Assembly: GCF_000400465.1 (NCBI RefSeq)
Contig: NW_008806282.1
Location: 300,001-332,000 of the forward strand
Source: Wallemia ichthyophaga EXF-994
Lineage: Eukaryota; Fungi; Basidiomycota
Reading direction: 5' to 3'
Length of the DNA: 32,000 bases
Shown: positions 1-10,369 of the stretch, one piece after another
How the letters are laid out: each line of letters opens with the position of its first letter
Numbering within the stretch: the stretch's first letter is position 1
Notes under the pieces: model-generated
Seen by the model: the letters and a program-made list of their open reading frames with translations, nothing else
What the model was told of the DNA's origin: nothing
Database searches by the model: none
Translations under genes and position numbers: made by a program

Positions 1-1095
1 TACTAATTTATCATCAGTACCAACGTATAAGCTTAATGGTGGAAATTTTGGTATGGACTGGTTCTTCTCGTCAACTTGATCACCAGTACTAAACCAACGA
101 TCTTTGCGTGTATCTAACGTACAACCTTTGGTTGAGAAGCCATCTTTACCTGCCCACCAATGAACAGATTTTGATGAAACGGGTGAAGGTGTGAATCTAA
201 ACATTTTTGCTTTACGTCTATTTAACCAGTTCTTATCTGTCCAACTGAATAAGAAGGCAAACATTTGATATCCTAATAAAGCAAAAGCTCTTTTTGGTGT
301 ATAATTGAAAGCTAACGTCATTAAGGGAATGAAATCCAAGTCACCAAAGATGAATTTCCAACTATTCCAATCAAGGTTTTTGATAGCAGTGAAAGGGAAC
401 CCAGTTGTTAAAGGACCAGCATAAACAGCTGGAGCTAAAGCAATGAAACTGCTAATTGAATTTGATAAATGAGGGCAATGATCTAAACTCAACGACATAA
501 AAGCTAGACCGTTACCTTGTGAATGACCAATGAAAGATAAATGATTGAAACCGCTATCAGATTTGATGTGATTGATAAGACAAGGTAGATCCTGTGTAGC
601 TAAATCTTGCATAGTGTAATTCCAAAACTTAGGATCATTCTTTTTCAAGTGCTGGTGACCCATATTGAAAACGCCTCGAGTATTACCCAAATAAACCTGA
701 TAATCACCTTGAGTAGATAACCAAAAAGCTAAACTACGTTCTTCGGAGGTGATGAAAGAACCAGAAGATTGGAATAGACCATGTAAGATTAGAATTGGGT
801 ATAATTTCTTATTTCTATCATGTGAAGGGTTTATAACTTTATTAACTAACAATTGATAACCATCATTTGTGTATATTATTTGATTTTGAATATCAAAACC
901 AGCTTGATTAGCGTAGTAGACTGGATCAGGGGTTATTAATTCATTCTTGTATTTCTTGTAATCATCCCAATCTCTTCTCTTTGGTGGTGTTGAAGGTGAA
1001 GTGAGAAATAAATAAAATCTGATAACTAAAGCGTAAATGACTACTAAAATTAAAGCGAATGATGAAATTGTATTTGAAATTATTCTATTTGTCAT
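1..1095 (-). CDS. Alpha/beta-hydrolase lipase / sterol esterase (Tgl1/Yeh-like), 3' end outside window
   Basis: Not in the ORF track because it runs off the edge. Manual translation from ATG 1095 is open to position 1 with no intron. It has an N-terminal hydrophobic segment (ISSFALILVVIYALVIRFYLF), PILILHGLFQSS, YQVYLGNTRG, nucleophile elbow GHSQG (528-514) and LYVGTDDKLV at the edge. Confidence 0.88.
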   Translation of the reverse strand, partial: MTNRIISNTISSFALILVVIYALVIRFYLFLTSPSTPPKRRDWDDYKKYKNELITPDPVYYANQAGFDIQNQIIYTNDGYQLLVNKVINPSHDRNKKLYPILILHGLFQSSGSFITSEERSLAFWLSTQGDYQVYLGNTRGVFNMGHQHLKKNDPKFWNYTMQDLATQDLPCLINHIKSDSGFNHLSFIGHSQGNGLAFMSLSLDHCPHLSNSISSFIALAPAVYAGPLTTGFPFTAIKNLDWNSWKFIFGDLDFIPLMTLAFNYTPKRAFALLGYQMFAFLFSWTDKNWLNRRKAKMFRFTPSPVSSKSVHWWAGKDGFSTKGCTLDTRKDRWFSTGDQVDEKNQSIPKFPPLSLYVGTDDKLV

Positions 1096-1173
1096 TTTAT
1101 AGTTGAAACAATCAACTTTAAACCTTTTAATCTCTTGGAATCTCTTGGATTCTAACAAGCAAGGTTTCTGAAA
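1096..1173. promoter_or_regulatory. 78-bp divergent spacer (presumed bidirectional promoter) between lipase and QCR7
   Basis: Lies between two head-to-head ATGs. Contains the inverted repeat AGTTGA-N5-TCAACT (1101-1117) and the tandem TCTCTTGGA x2 (1131-1149). Confidence 0.55.
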
Positions 1174-1760
1174 ATGGTCAACCCTTTGAAAATCAGGTTG
1201 GTATCTAATAATTGTTAGTATTCGCTCAATTTAATTTCGAATTATCAGTCTCGCACCTTACATTAAAGGTGGCCTTAGAAAATCACTTGAACCAATTGCT
1301 AAGGGCTATTTAAAGTGGGTTTAAAGTTAGTTAACGTTTTGCAATTCCAATTTAATTCAATTTAATAGCCTTGCTGGCTTCAAGCAAGTCGGCTTGAGAT
1401 GTTAGTCAAAACTCTATCCTGATTTGCCACTAATAAATAGCAGATGACGATCTCATTCAAGAGGAAAACGATCAAATGCAAAAAGTTTGTTCTTTTTTAC
1501 CGCTATAACTCACTTTAACGCCAGACTAAAAGGTACTCGGTCGTCTCTCACCAAGAGAGGAATATGACAGAGTTTGGAGATTAAGAAGAGCCATTAACCA
1601 ATCCATCCAACACAAAGATTTACCTGCTGAGCAATGGTCTGAGGAAGACTCATCACAACAGCGTTACCTCACTGATAGAATTGTCCAAGTCACGAACGAG
1701 TACACTGAAAGAGAGTTGTTAGATAACCCAGAGTTTAAAATTGAACCAAAGCACCATTAA
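1174..1760 (+). CDS. QCR7: Cytochrome b-c1 complex subunit 7 (5 exons)
   Basis: Missed by the ORF track. Exons 1174-1196, 1249-1314, 1369-1400, 1444-1484, 1533-1760 join via GT-AG introns to give MVNPLKISLAPYIKGGLRKSLEPIAKGYLNLAGFKQVGLRYDDLIQEENDQMQKVLGRLSPREEYDRVWRLRRA...KHH*, the UCR14/Qcr7 pattern. Confidence 0.92.
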
Positions 1761-1882
1761 TTTGTTGTTATCATATATATGTTTTTTCATCTTTATTTTC
1801 AATCACTACGTCAATCCTCGTCTACTAACCGAGGTTATTTGTAAAAGCATCCTTCAATTAATAATCTTCAAGTACAAGCATC

Positions 1883-3488
1883 ATGGCTTTTTACTTGAAT
1901 CATTTAAGGAAGAAGGATTGGCTCGCTTTGAGCTGCGATAGACTGCCGAACTTTATCAACGGGAAATTCATTCAATCGAATACACACAATTTCCATCCAG
2001 TCACAGATCCTGTTAGTTTCTTCTATTTGATTTATGTGCTCCCCTTCTTACCCACTTACCCCACAGTCCACTAACAAAGTTCTCTCCTTAACCCCTGAAT
2101 CCACTCATGATGAGATCACTTCTTCAATCAACACCTCCTTTACCGCTTTCAATCAATGGAAATCTTCCTCAGTTCTATCAAGGCAGAAGTTCGTTTTAAA
2201 CTTTCAACACCAAATTAGGCTCCACTTTGATGACTTAGCAATCGCTGTAGCATTTGAGAATGGCAAGACTTTCAATGACGCCAAAGGCGATGTCTTGAGA
2301 GGTTTACAAGTCGTCGATTATGCCGCTTCTATACCTACAACTTTAATGGGCTCTTTCTTGCAGGTTTCTGATCATATTGATACTCATACAAGAAAACTAC
2401 CATTAGGTGTCTGTACTATGATCGCTCCAAACAATTTTCCTTCTATGATTCCCAATTGGTCTTTACCTTTAGCTATAGCTACCGGTAACTCTCTCATACT
2501 CAAACCTTCTCAACGCACTCCAACCGCTTCTTTGTTATTAGCTGAATTAGCTTCTATTTCTGGCTTACCTGATGGTGTTCTCAATGTTATTAATGGTACA
2601 AACAATGTCGTTGACTCTTTAATCACTCATGATCATGTCAAAGCTGTCAGTTTCGTCGGTAGTGATCACGCCGGCAAACATGTTTACGAGAAAGCTACTC
2701 AACATAGTAAGCGCGCTCAAGTAAACATGGGCGCAAAGAACCACGCTGTTGTTTTACCTGATGCTGTAAAAGATGCTTCAATCAACTCCATCTTAGGTGC
2801 TGCTTTCGGTGCTGCTGGCCAAAGATGTATGGCTTTATCTGTCGCAATTTTAGTTGGTGATTCTCGCAAATGGTTACCTGATATTATAGAAAAAGCTTCT
2901 GATTTCAAAGTTGGTAATGGTTTTGATCATACCACAGATGTTGGTCCGGTCATCTCACCTGAATCGAAATCTCGTGTTTTATCATTAATTAAACAATCAA
3001 GAGAACAAGGTGCAAATGTTTTGTTAGACGGTTCTAATGTATCCGTCAAAGGCTTCGAAGATGGTAATTTTGTTGGCCCAACAATAATATCAATCCCTTC
3101 TACTCAATTGGATATCTATAAAACTGAAGTATTTGGTCCAGTTCTTTTGCTATTAGAGGCTGAAACTCTCGATGAAGCTGTTCAAATCATTAACAAAAAT
3201 AAGTATGGTAACGGTGCTTCTATCTTCACCGAATCAGGCTCAGCTGCTAGATTGTTTGAGTCAAAAGTCGAGCCCGGTCAAATTGGTATAAACATTCCTC
3301 TTCCAGTTCCTCTACCCTTCTTTTCATGGTCAGGCAACAAAGCTAGCTTTGCCGGTGAGAATAGCTTTTATGGTGAACAAGGTGTCAACTTTTACACACA
3401 AACTAAAACAACTACATCCATGTTCAAACCTTCTAATCAAACTCCTACAATTGAAAGGCCATCTACTAGTATGCCAACAATTGTCTAA
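1883..3488 (+). CDS. ALDH6A1: Methylmalonate-semialdehyde dehydrogenase (CoA-acylating), ALDH6 family; 2 exons
   Basis: Exons 1883-2011 and 2067-3488 (intron gttagt...ccacag). Motifs PNFINGKF, FVGS, NMGAKNH, catalytic AAGQRCMA, EVFGPV, GQIGINIPLPVP and a C-terminal MPT. The exact start is less certain. Confidence 0.93.
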
Positions 3489-5736
3489 CCACTTCTTGTC
3501 TTTAAATACTCTTCAATAACATCTCTTATACTAAGATTTGTATACTTCTCTTCAATTGTATACTCTGTACGAGGACTTAATATACTAAGAGCCCTTTCAA
3601 TGAATGGTTGTAAACTGTAATAAATTGAGTTTATGGTAATACTTTCACTGTGTCCCTCACAATGATATGAAAACAACGTCAACTAAATCTTCATCCTCTA
3701 AACTATCTAGTTCGGTTGAAAATAGTGCTGGCTGATCATAATATTCCAATCTTGCATGTGCAACATCATCTCCTACTCCAGGGCATGTATCATCAGTTTT
3801 CTTCATATAATTAGTCTCGCGTTGATATTAAGCCCACACTTACGTATCCGATAGATAGGCTTTTTAATTCGTTTGTACTGGACAGGAAAGGATTTTCAGG
3901 TAAGTTATTAAGTGTTACGAGCATCTTCTTAGCAATCCTGAATGGCACATCTACGATAATTGATCAGGTGATACCATTTTTGTGGAGTATTAAAGACTCA
4001 CCCTTAACAAACGGTAACGAATTGCTGAATGGAAATGCCGTAAACACATCATTCTTGTTAACCATTCCCTTGTATAAATCAAATCTGATAGCACCAGAAT
4101 TCATCAAAATTAGCCTATTCAGCAAGGTGAATATTTTTAACATACTGAGTTTGTGACTAACCTCGGTACGCCCTCATACTCGCGGCTAGGGTTTTTGATT
4201 GACGGCAAGACTTCATGTTTCATCCAATACGTAAGTGAATCTGGATGTGTAGCAGGTACACGACTTTGGTAAAGATCTCTGTCTATCTTTCCGATAATTT
4301 GCCCGAGTCCTAATTTGTTCCAAAGTTTCATTAGTTCTTCCTTAATTTTCTTTCCCAAGTGAGTCACAAGCTTTGACTTGTCTATATCTAAATGCCATGC
4401 ATAACCAACGGGGTTTGCATCTAAATATTTACGTGAGACTTCCAGCTCTCCGTCGCTTGATATATTTACACCCATCCAGCCAACAGTCTCTAAGAACCGA
4501 CCACTTGCCATGCGTACGTCCCTTCCATCATCATAGTTGAAAACGCAATCTCTAACGTGTTGATGTCCGCCAAAGCTGATAATTGGAACCAGAGGATGCT
4601 TTTGCTTTAATTTTTCTAAAACAACATTCCAACTAGAGTCATTGATAGCCATATGCGCTATGATTAAGAAGCTGTAATGCAAATCAGTTTATTCCTTAAA
4701 ATAAAAACTCGACCAACAACTCAGGAGCTTCATCTGTCGCTTCATCAAACCAGGCTTCTTTGACTAATGTAATGTCAAAACATGTAAGAGCATTCACCGT
4801 CAACACTCACCCATTTCTTCGATCGGTTGTACGTGTGCTCTCCAATTTGAGTTTGGAAAATTCTTCGAGCATTATAGTTAAAGCTTATTCAATTTGAAAA
4901 TAACTCACGAATAGTATACCAAACGCAGTAAATTTGCGTCCGGATTTTGTGACGTGTTTAAGATATCTTTCTTAATCAAAAGATTAGCATTTACTAGGGT
5001 AAATATTATTTCGTACCGCCTATTGACACAGATTCATTCGTGTCTGGGTCAGTTATATTTGTGTTTGATGTCAGATAGCGTTTGCTCCTGGATTCACTAT
5101 AAGTCAAGCCGTAACAGCATTACTAGCTTACCACTTTGTGGTGAAATTCTTGTAGATGTCGAGCGTAACATCCGGATTGTATAAACCATGGTTACCAATA
5201 GTGAGCATATCAATATCCAGCATTGAGATTATGTTATTGGTGTCATGTCCATTAACATCTAAGTTATGTTAGCACTGGCTGTAGGGCATCAACCATACTA
5301 CCTCCTGGTTTGACAGCATCCGATAGTCCACTACCATCATGCAGATCTCCACTATCTATTACGAATAATTCAACGCCTTTATCATTGGCTTTGGAGCGCA
5401 TGTGATCTACAAAAGAGGCATAGTCCCCCCAGTCTCCACTACCTGATCGTGTGTTAATGACTTAATATTCAAGCGATATGTCAAGTTACCATTCGGTTCA
5501 GGTGCGCTCTTTTTCTTGTGTCCAGCTAGCCAACCTAGATGATATCAGTCCAGATAATAGATGACATCGACAAGCTCACCGTGTATGTCTGTCGTATGCA
5601 GGAAATTGTACTCTCCCCACTCTATTGATCGCGAGGGTGGGACAGGGTTGATGTCTTGTCGTTGCATAAATACATCGATGTAATAGAACGTCAGTATTGT
5701 CAGAATGAATATAACTGAATCGGTTTTTGTGCCCAT
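3485..5736 (-). CDS. Calcineurin-like metallophosphoesterase / 5'-nucleotidase (YHR202W-like), multi-exon
   Basis: Spliced fragments give NFLHTTDIHGWLAGH, GDWGDY, DSGDLHDG, LTIGNH, RYLTSN, GGHQHVRD, SGRFLETVGW, NSGAIRFD, FPFSN, GDDVAH and VDVVFISFLQPF...KTRSG*. The N-terminus is hydrophobic. Start ATG 5736 is tentative. Confidence 0.85.
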
Positions 5737-6253
5737 TGACGATTGGCGGTTTTGATCAAGGAGGGTTAGTTCAATTCGACAAGAGACACTGGTAGACACA
5801 TAGAAATATTACATGATCATAAAAATCCGTGAGTCTATAAGCGTGATTTGCAAAACACAATCTCTGATTGTCACACTACATTTCTGATTTATCTATGACG
5901 TATCACCAAAGGGGAGCACTAGAGGGTGACTCAAAAGACTCCGACCGATTAGCGTCAAGTTTGCCATGTAATTACGACGAAAGTTCTCATAAAGCTGTTA
6001 AATACCGTCCTCCCAATCAGCTGCTGAGAAACTTAGGGTTTTTAATGTTGACAAAGTATTATACCGACAAATTATTCCAATCAAACCAGCATGTCAGTCT
6101 CATAATATCATAATTATTCCAAACCAGCTCTCCTCCCATCTTGATACTATTACTGAGCAAATGGTTGATATACAGCTTTTGGAAAGCTCAATTTAAAGGG
6201 GCTGTATTGTTAAGTCTGGTTTGGTTATAGAAACTTTTGCTGAACGTAAGTCG

Positions 6254-6450
6254 TTTGAATTATTTTCTCGCCTTTTATCTGCTCGGAAGTTGCGTTGCGC
6301 TATTGCTCTGGAGCTCGCAATAGCGATGTGAAGTATTGTTACTGTGATATAAGACGTGTAGCGCTGATAGGTCTCAATATTGGCTCCTGGGAGTAAGGCA
6401 AGCTGGCTTACTTACTTTAAAGTCATCTGAAGTATCAAACGCAACAAAAA
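6254..6450 (+). repeat. Left arm of a diverged inverted duplication (partner 10055-10251)
   Basis: Manual alignment to the reverse complement of 10055-10251 gives about 39 differences in ~198 columns (~80% identity). It includes identical blocks TTTGAATTATTTTCT, TGTGATATAAGACGT and ATTGGCTCCTG. Confidence 0.9.
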
Positions 6451-9400
6451 GTAGACTCATCTACACTCATAAAAGTTATTTGGCTTCACCAGTTGCATTA
6501 CGAGAAATCAATTAGTTATTGTTCGTTTTAGAATTATGAAGGTGAGTTTCGTATAGATGAACATTATCAGCTTCCATATTAAGCTCCTTGCGACCAGTTT
6601 CAATAAGCTCGTCGACCACAAAGCGCTAAACAGCGCTAATAACAAATAAAACACCCCAAAAATGCTTGCAAAGGTACCCGTTTCCCGAAAAGATCAGAAT
6701 TGCACAGTTTCACAGTAGTCACGATGCTATGACGCCTTCGTCGTTACACATGCCATTTTTCGTCTAAGAAAACAGCACAGAAAATAATGTTCAAATTAGA
6801 TGGTGTGATCAACAAGCTGAGTCGGTTGTTTAATTAAATAATCCCCAGATGAATTCACAAAATAAAAGCAAGGTGTTAAAGGTGCATGGAGTAAAGTCAC
6901 ATGTGAACAATGCGCATGATATGCCTGAATCTGCATTCGTCCTTTGTCCACATAGACACTCTCACAGTTTATAGGACAAGAAATGTGATACAATGAAGAG
7001 ATTTTTTAATGAGAAAAAGGAAAGACAACCTCTCAGGTCTTACCTCTTACAATCTTCGTCGGCATCGCGTGATTTTTAGTTCCCTCTGCTTGATTGAAAT
7101 CACTAGGGAATAAAAGTAAGGAAAATGGCTATCTAGGTTTGTTTGAAGTATTTTGAAGTATTGTTGAACGATTGAAGGGATGTAACAGAAAGTGGAGGTC
7201 ACCTCAGCTCATTACAAGATAGTTGAAACATTCAAATTGTTCACGTTATTGATTACAAAAAGGCAATACCATACCTTTTCAAACTTGGAAGTCTTTCTGG
7301 CTTTATAACGTACTCATCTTTAACATGCATTGCCTGAAGAATCGACGGACCTTTTGGCGTGAATGAAATCGACATAGATTACCACATGGGTAAATGAAAC
7401 TGCAGAATATCAAAATTCATTATAGAGCTTAAAAGCTCAATCATGTAAAATCAAATTGCGATAAATTTGATCGGCAGTAGTGTAAGCAAACACTAAAATC
7501 CGTAAATAAGCTAGTGTAAGTTGGCGAAGAGAAATTCAAATCAAACAAACTAAGAGGAAAGATTTTGCAGTTCATTTGAACTCGATTCCAGTACAAGTGG
7601 ATATCTACGGTATCGAGCTATCGGGACAAACTGCCAACGAGGGAAAGACACGCTAGAACCACCGCACCATGTAGGGTGATCTAGCACTCAAAACTTCATA
7701 CCCAGCAACGGACGAACAATGCGCTAGCGATGAACAGCACCCACAAATATAGAAGACTCCAAAATAACACAGATAAAGTCAAGCGCCGCAGAAACATCAG
7801 CTGAAAGGCACAAAGCAGCGAAAACAGCAAAGAGAGTCATCGAACCGCCTAGAGTAACGAGATGCCCAGCCACTCAGATACCCTCAGTGCGTCTCACTAC
7901 GCCTAAGTAAAAACACTTTCGTTTCCAACTGATTGACTGATAAAAATGCATTGAGAGTGACACAAACGTCACCATTTCTCAAAAAATAATGAAAAGAAAA
8001 ACGTACGTGATTGCAAGAATCTTATAATTAAAATTACCAAGATCAACATTCGATTAGAACTAGGTCCAATACTCAAAAACAGACGATCGCTAGGAAAGCC
8101 TACAAGAGTTCTACGAACTTACTTGACTACGTGAAAAAGACAACCCGAGAGTTAAGCGTAACTGATAGCCAATTATAAATAAAGATTTACTGATCTAGTC
8201 TAGAAACGCTTTCATTCAATTCGGCACCACTGTTAACTCCTCATGCTGAAAGGAGTAATGATGAACGATGTTCAAACATACGTCTTCGTAACTGTGTATT
8301 CTAATATGTTCAACATCATCAACATAAGGTATTGATGAAACTTCATTTCCTATATCACGACATTCACGGATAATCCTGATCTTTTATTCAGTTGCAATGG
8401 AAATAAAACAAATAATTTGAATGGAAGATAAAGAAGGATGTTGTTTTGAAAAGACAAGGAATTTAACAAACTGGGAAGTCTGCAGAAGATGCAATAAATG
8501 CAAGGGCGAAATATTTTCACAATTCCTACAACAAAACAGAGCGGCTTCATTGAGGTTTCATGCTTTTCGCCAAAAGACTCATTACAGTAAGAAAAAAAAA
8601 TACAACTCGTGAATCTGCAGTGTGTGGTACCAAAGATAGAAAATCCTTAAATTTAGTACATTTCCCATGCTTAAATATTTCGTAGTAGTGTTAAGTTTGT
8701 TAACCGCCTGAGATTCAACCACGACTACTAGTAATCTTCTTGACGTACGCTAAAATTTCAATCTTACGTAAGTTCCCGCGGATAACTCAACTTTTGAAAA
8801 TTTTCTAAAATACAATCGGTTAGAGTGCTTTTATAGCTATCATATAAAGAATGTTGATTTGCAGTGGATGTGAGAAAATCGTCTCATACTATTGTATATA
8901 TGTTATGTAATGAGGTATATCAAGTCCAAAAAGACAAAGCTCAAAGAACTCAACGATTGTTTTCATTTGATTAGTATTTTGAGTATTCCTAGAATGTTTT
9001 TACCTTTATGCCATCAATAAAAAACAATAGAGCGTAAATGTTGGCTTTGCTTAAGTTAGGATAATACGAGACGTTGAAGCAAATTGCAACTTATTGATTT
9101 CACTTCCATAACATAAAAACAACATTCTTGTTTTAAAGCTCGAGTTTGTTAAAAACAATTATATTAATTTATTCAATCCGACTGTTTGCTTTTCTTGACT
9201 CCTTGGCGAATGAGCTCTAAAGGCAAATGCTCCTGGACCTAAAAAAAGTTATTCATTTCAATTGATATCGTCGTCGATCGTCAAATTTTTTATATCAACA
9301 GTAAACCTGATCTAAATGAAACTCGTATTGATGTTTGTTTTAACTACGCCTTGATTCTAACTCCTAGTTTTTTTATCACTATAATTCAACTCCGTTTCAT

Positions 9401-10054
9401 AGACCTTTTTTATCAACATATCGGAACGTTTTCATAAATTATAATTTAGGTCAAAGGCAGATCATACGTAGCGTGAAAGCCATATCGTTTACTTGCTCTT
9501 AGTTTCCAATAAAACCATTCGATTATGTGTAAGTAAATTATACGCATATACTTTTGAGGCAGTTGAGCTTTTTCGATGTCAACTGCTAACTGTAAAACAA
9601 AGTTTTGTTACTTCTTTGTAAGTCTAAGAATCTCTTTAAATCTTGGAAGGGGATTTCGAACAATGTTTTAAAATGAACTTAAGAGAGTACGTTTAGATTA
9701 TAGATTGTGTTTAGTTATAAACGACTAGACTTTGACGTTCGATGGTACTTTTTCATGTTTGTCTGCATCAAACAAATTAATTCTGTATGTTAATTTTACA
9801 AGCTGATAAAACAATTTACGATAGTTAGTATAATCGTGTTATGAAAGTAATGTAGGTGACAATAACATTTTTTGATATTTCTCCTTGTCCTAATGAAGAT
9901 AATTTGTGGCGCGGACTTTTTTAGCCCTGTTAAGTTTTCATACTTTAAGCCAAGGAGGCTAGTTTCTTTAATGTTAAAGTAAACGTTATTAAATCGATGG
10001 TTTGAATTGCCCATGATGATGCCCAATTATTTTACTCAGCGTGCATATGTGAGG

Positions 10055-10251
10055 TTTTTGGTGGGTTTGTCACTTCTGCCGGCTTTTAAGAAGGAAGCCA
10101 GCCTGCCTTACTCTCAGGAGCCAATGTTGAAACGTGTCAGACCTTAACGTCTTATATCACATTTAACCACGCTCCACATCGCTAATGCGAGCACCAGGGC
10201 AATATCGCAACACAAATTCTGATGAGATAAAAGGCAAGAAAATAATTCAAA
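10055..10251 (-). repeat. Right arm of a diverged inverted duplication (partner 6254-6450)
   Basis: See left arm. Weaker similarity seems to continue inward for another ~50-90 nt. Confidence 0.9.
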
Positions 10252-10369
10252 GTAGCCATACCCAGCCTTGACCATGTTCGAAAACGCTTTTAGATTAAAC
10301 TTCAGATAAATTATGAATAATGTATACAAGTGAAAAGCTCCCTTTCCCTGTATGCAGGACAGATAATCA

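Larger units (their letters stand above)
5737..10369. other. 4.6-kb stretch with no recognisable gene
   Basis: Only short ORFs (<=81 aa) with no recognisable motif. I could not assemble a spliced gene on either strand. All other spacers in the window are <=537 bp. Confidence 0.6.

Noticed and set aside
6031-6042. TTAGGGTT (minus strand AACCCTAA) as a telomerase RNA template
   Set aside because: Only 8 nt, and on that strand just ~300 nt remain before the nucleotidase start. No supporting structure was seen.
6070-6128. Short direct repeat AATTATTCCAA / CAAACCAGC
   Set aside because: A local slippage-scale duplication in AT-rich DNA with no further pattern.
10144-10329. 61-aa ORF with a hydrophobic stretch (IALVLALAMW) as a secreted peptide or pheromone
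   Set aside because: The frame is disrupted in the paralogous left arm, and no CAAX end was found here or elsewhere in the desert.
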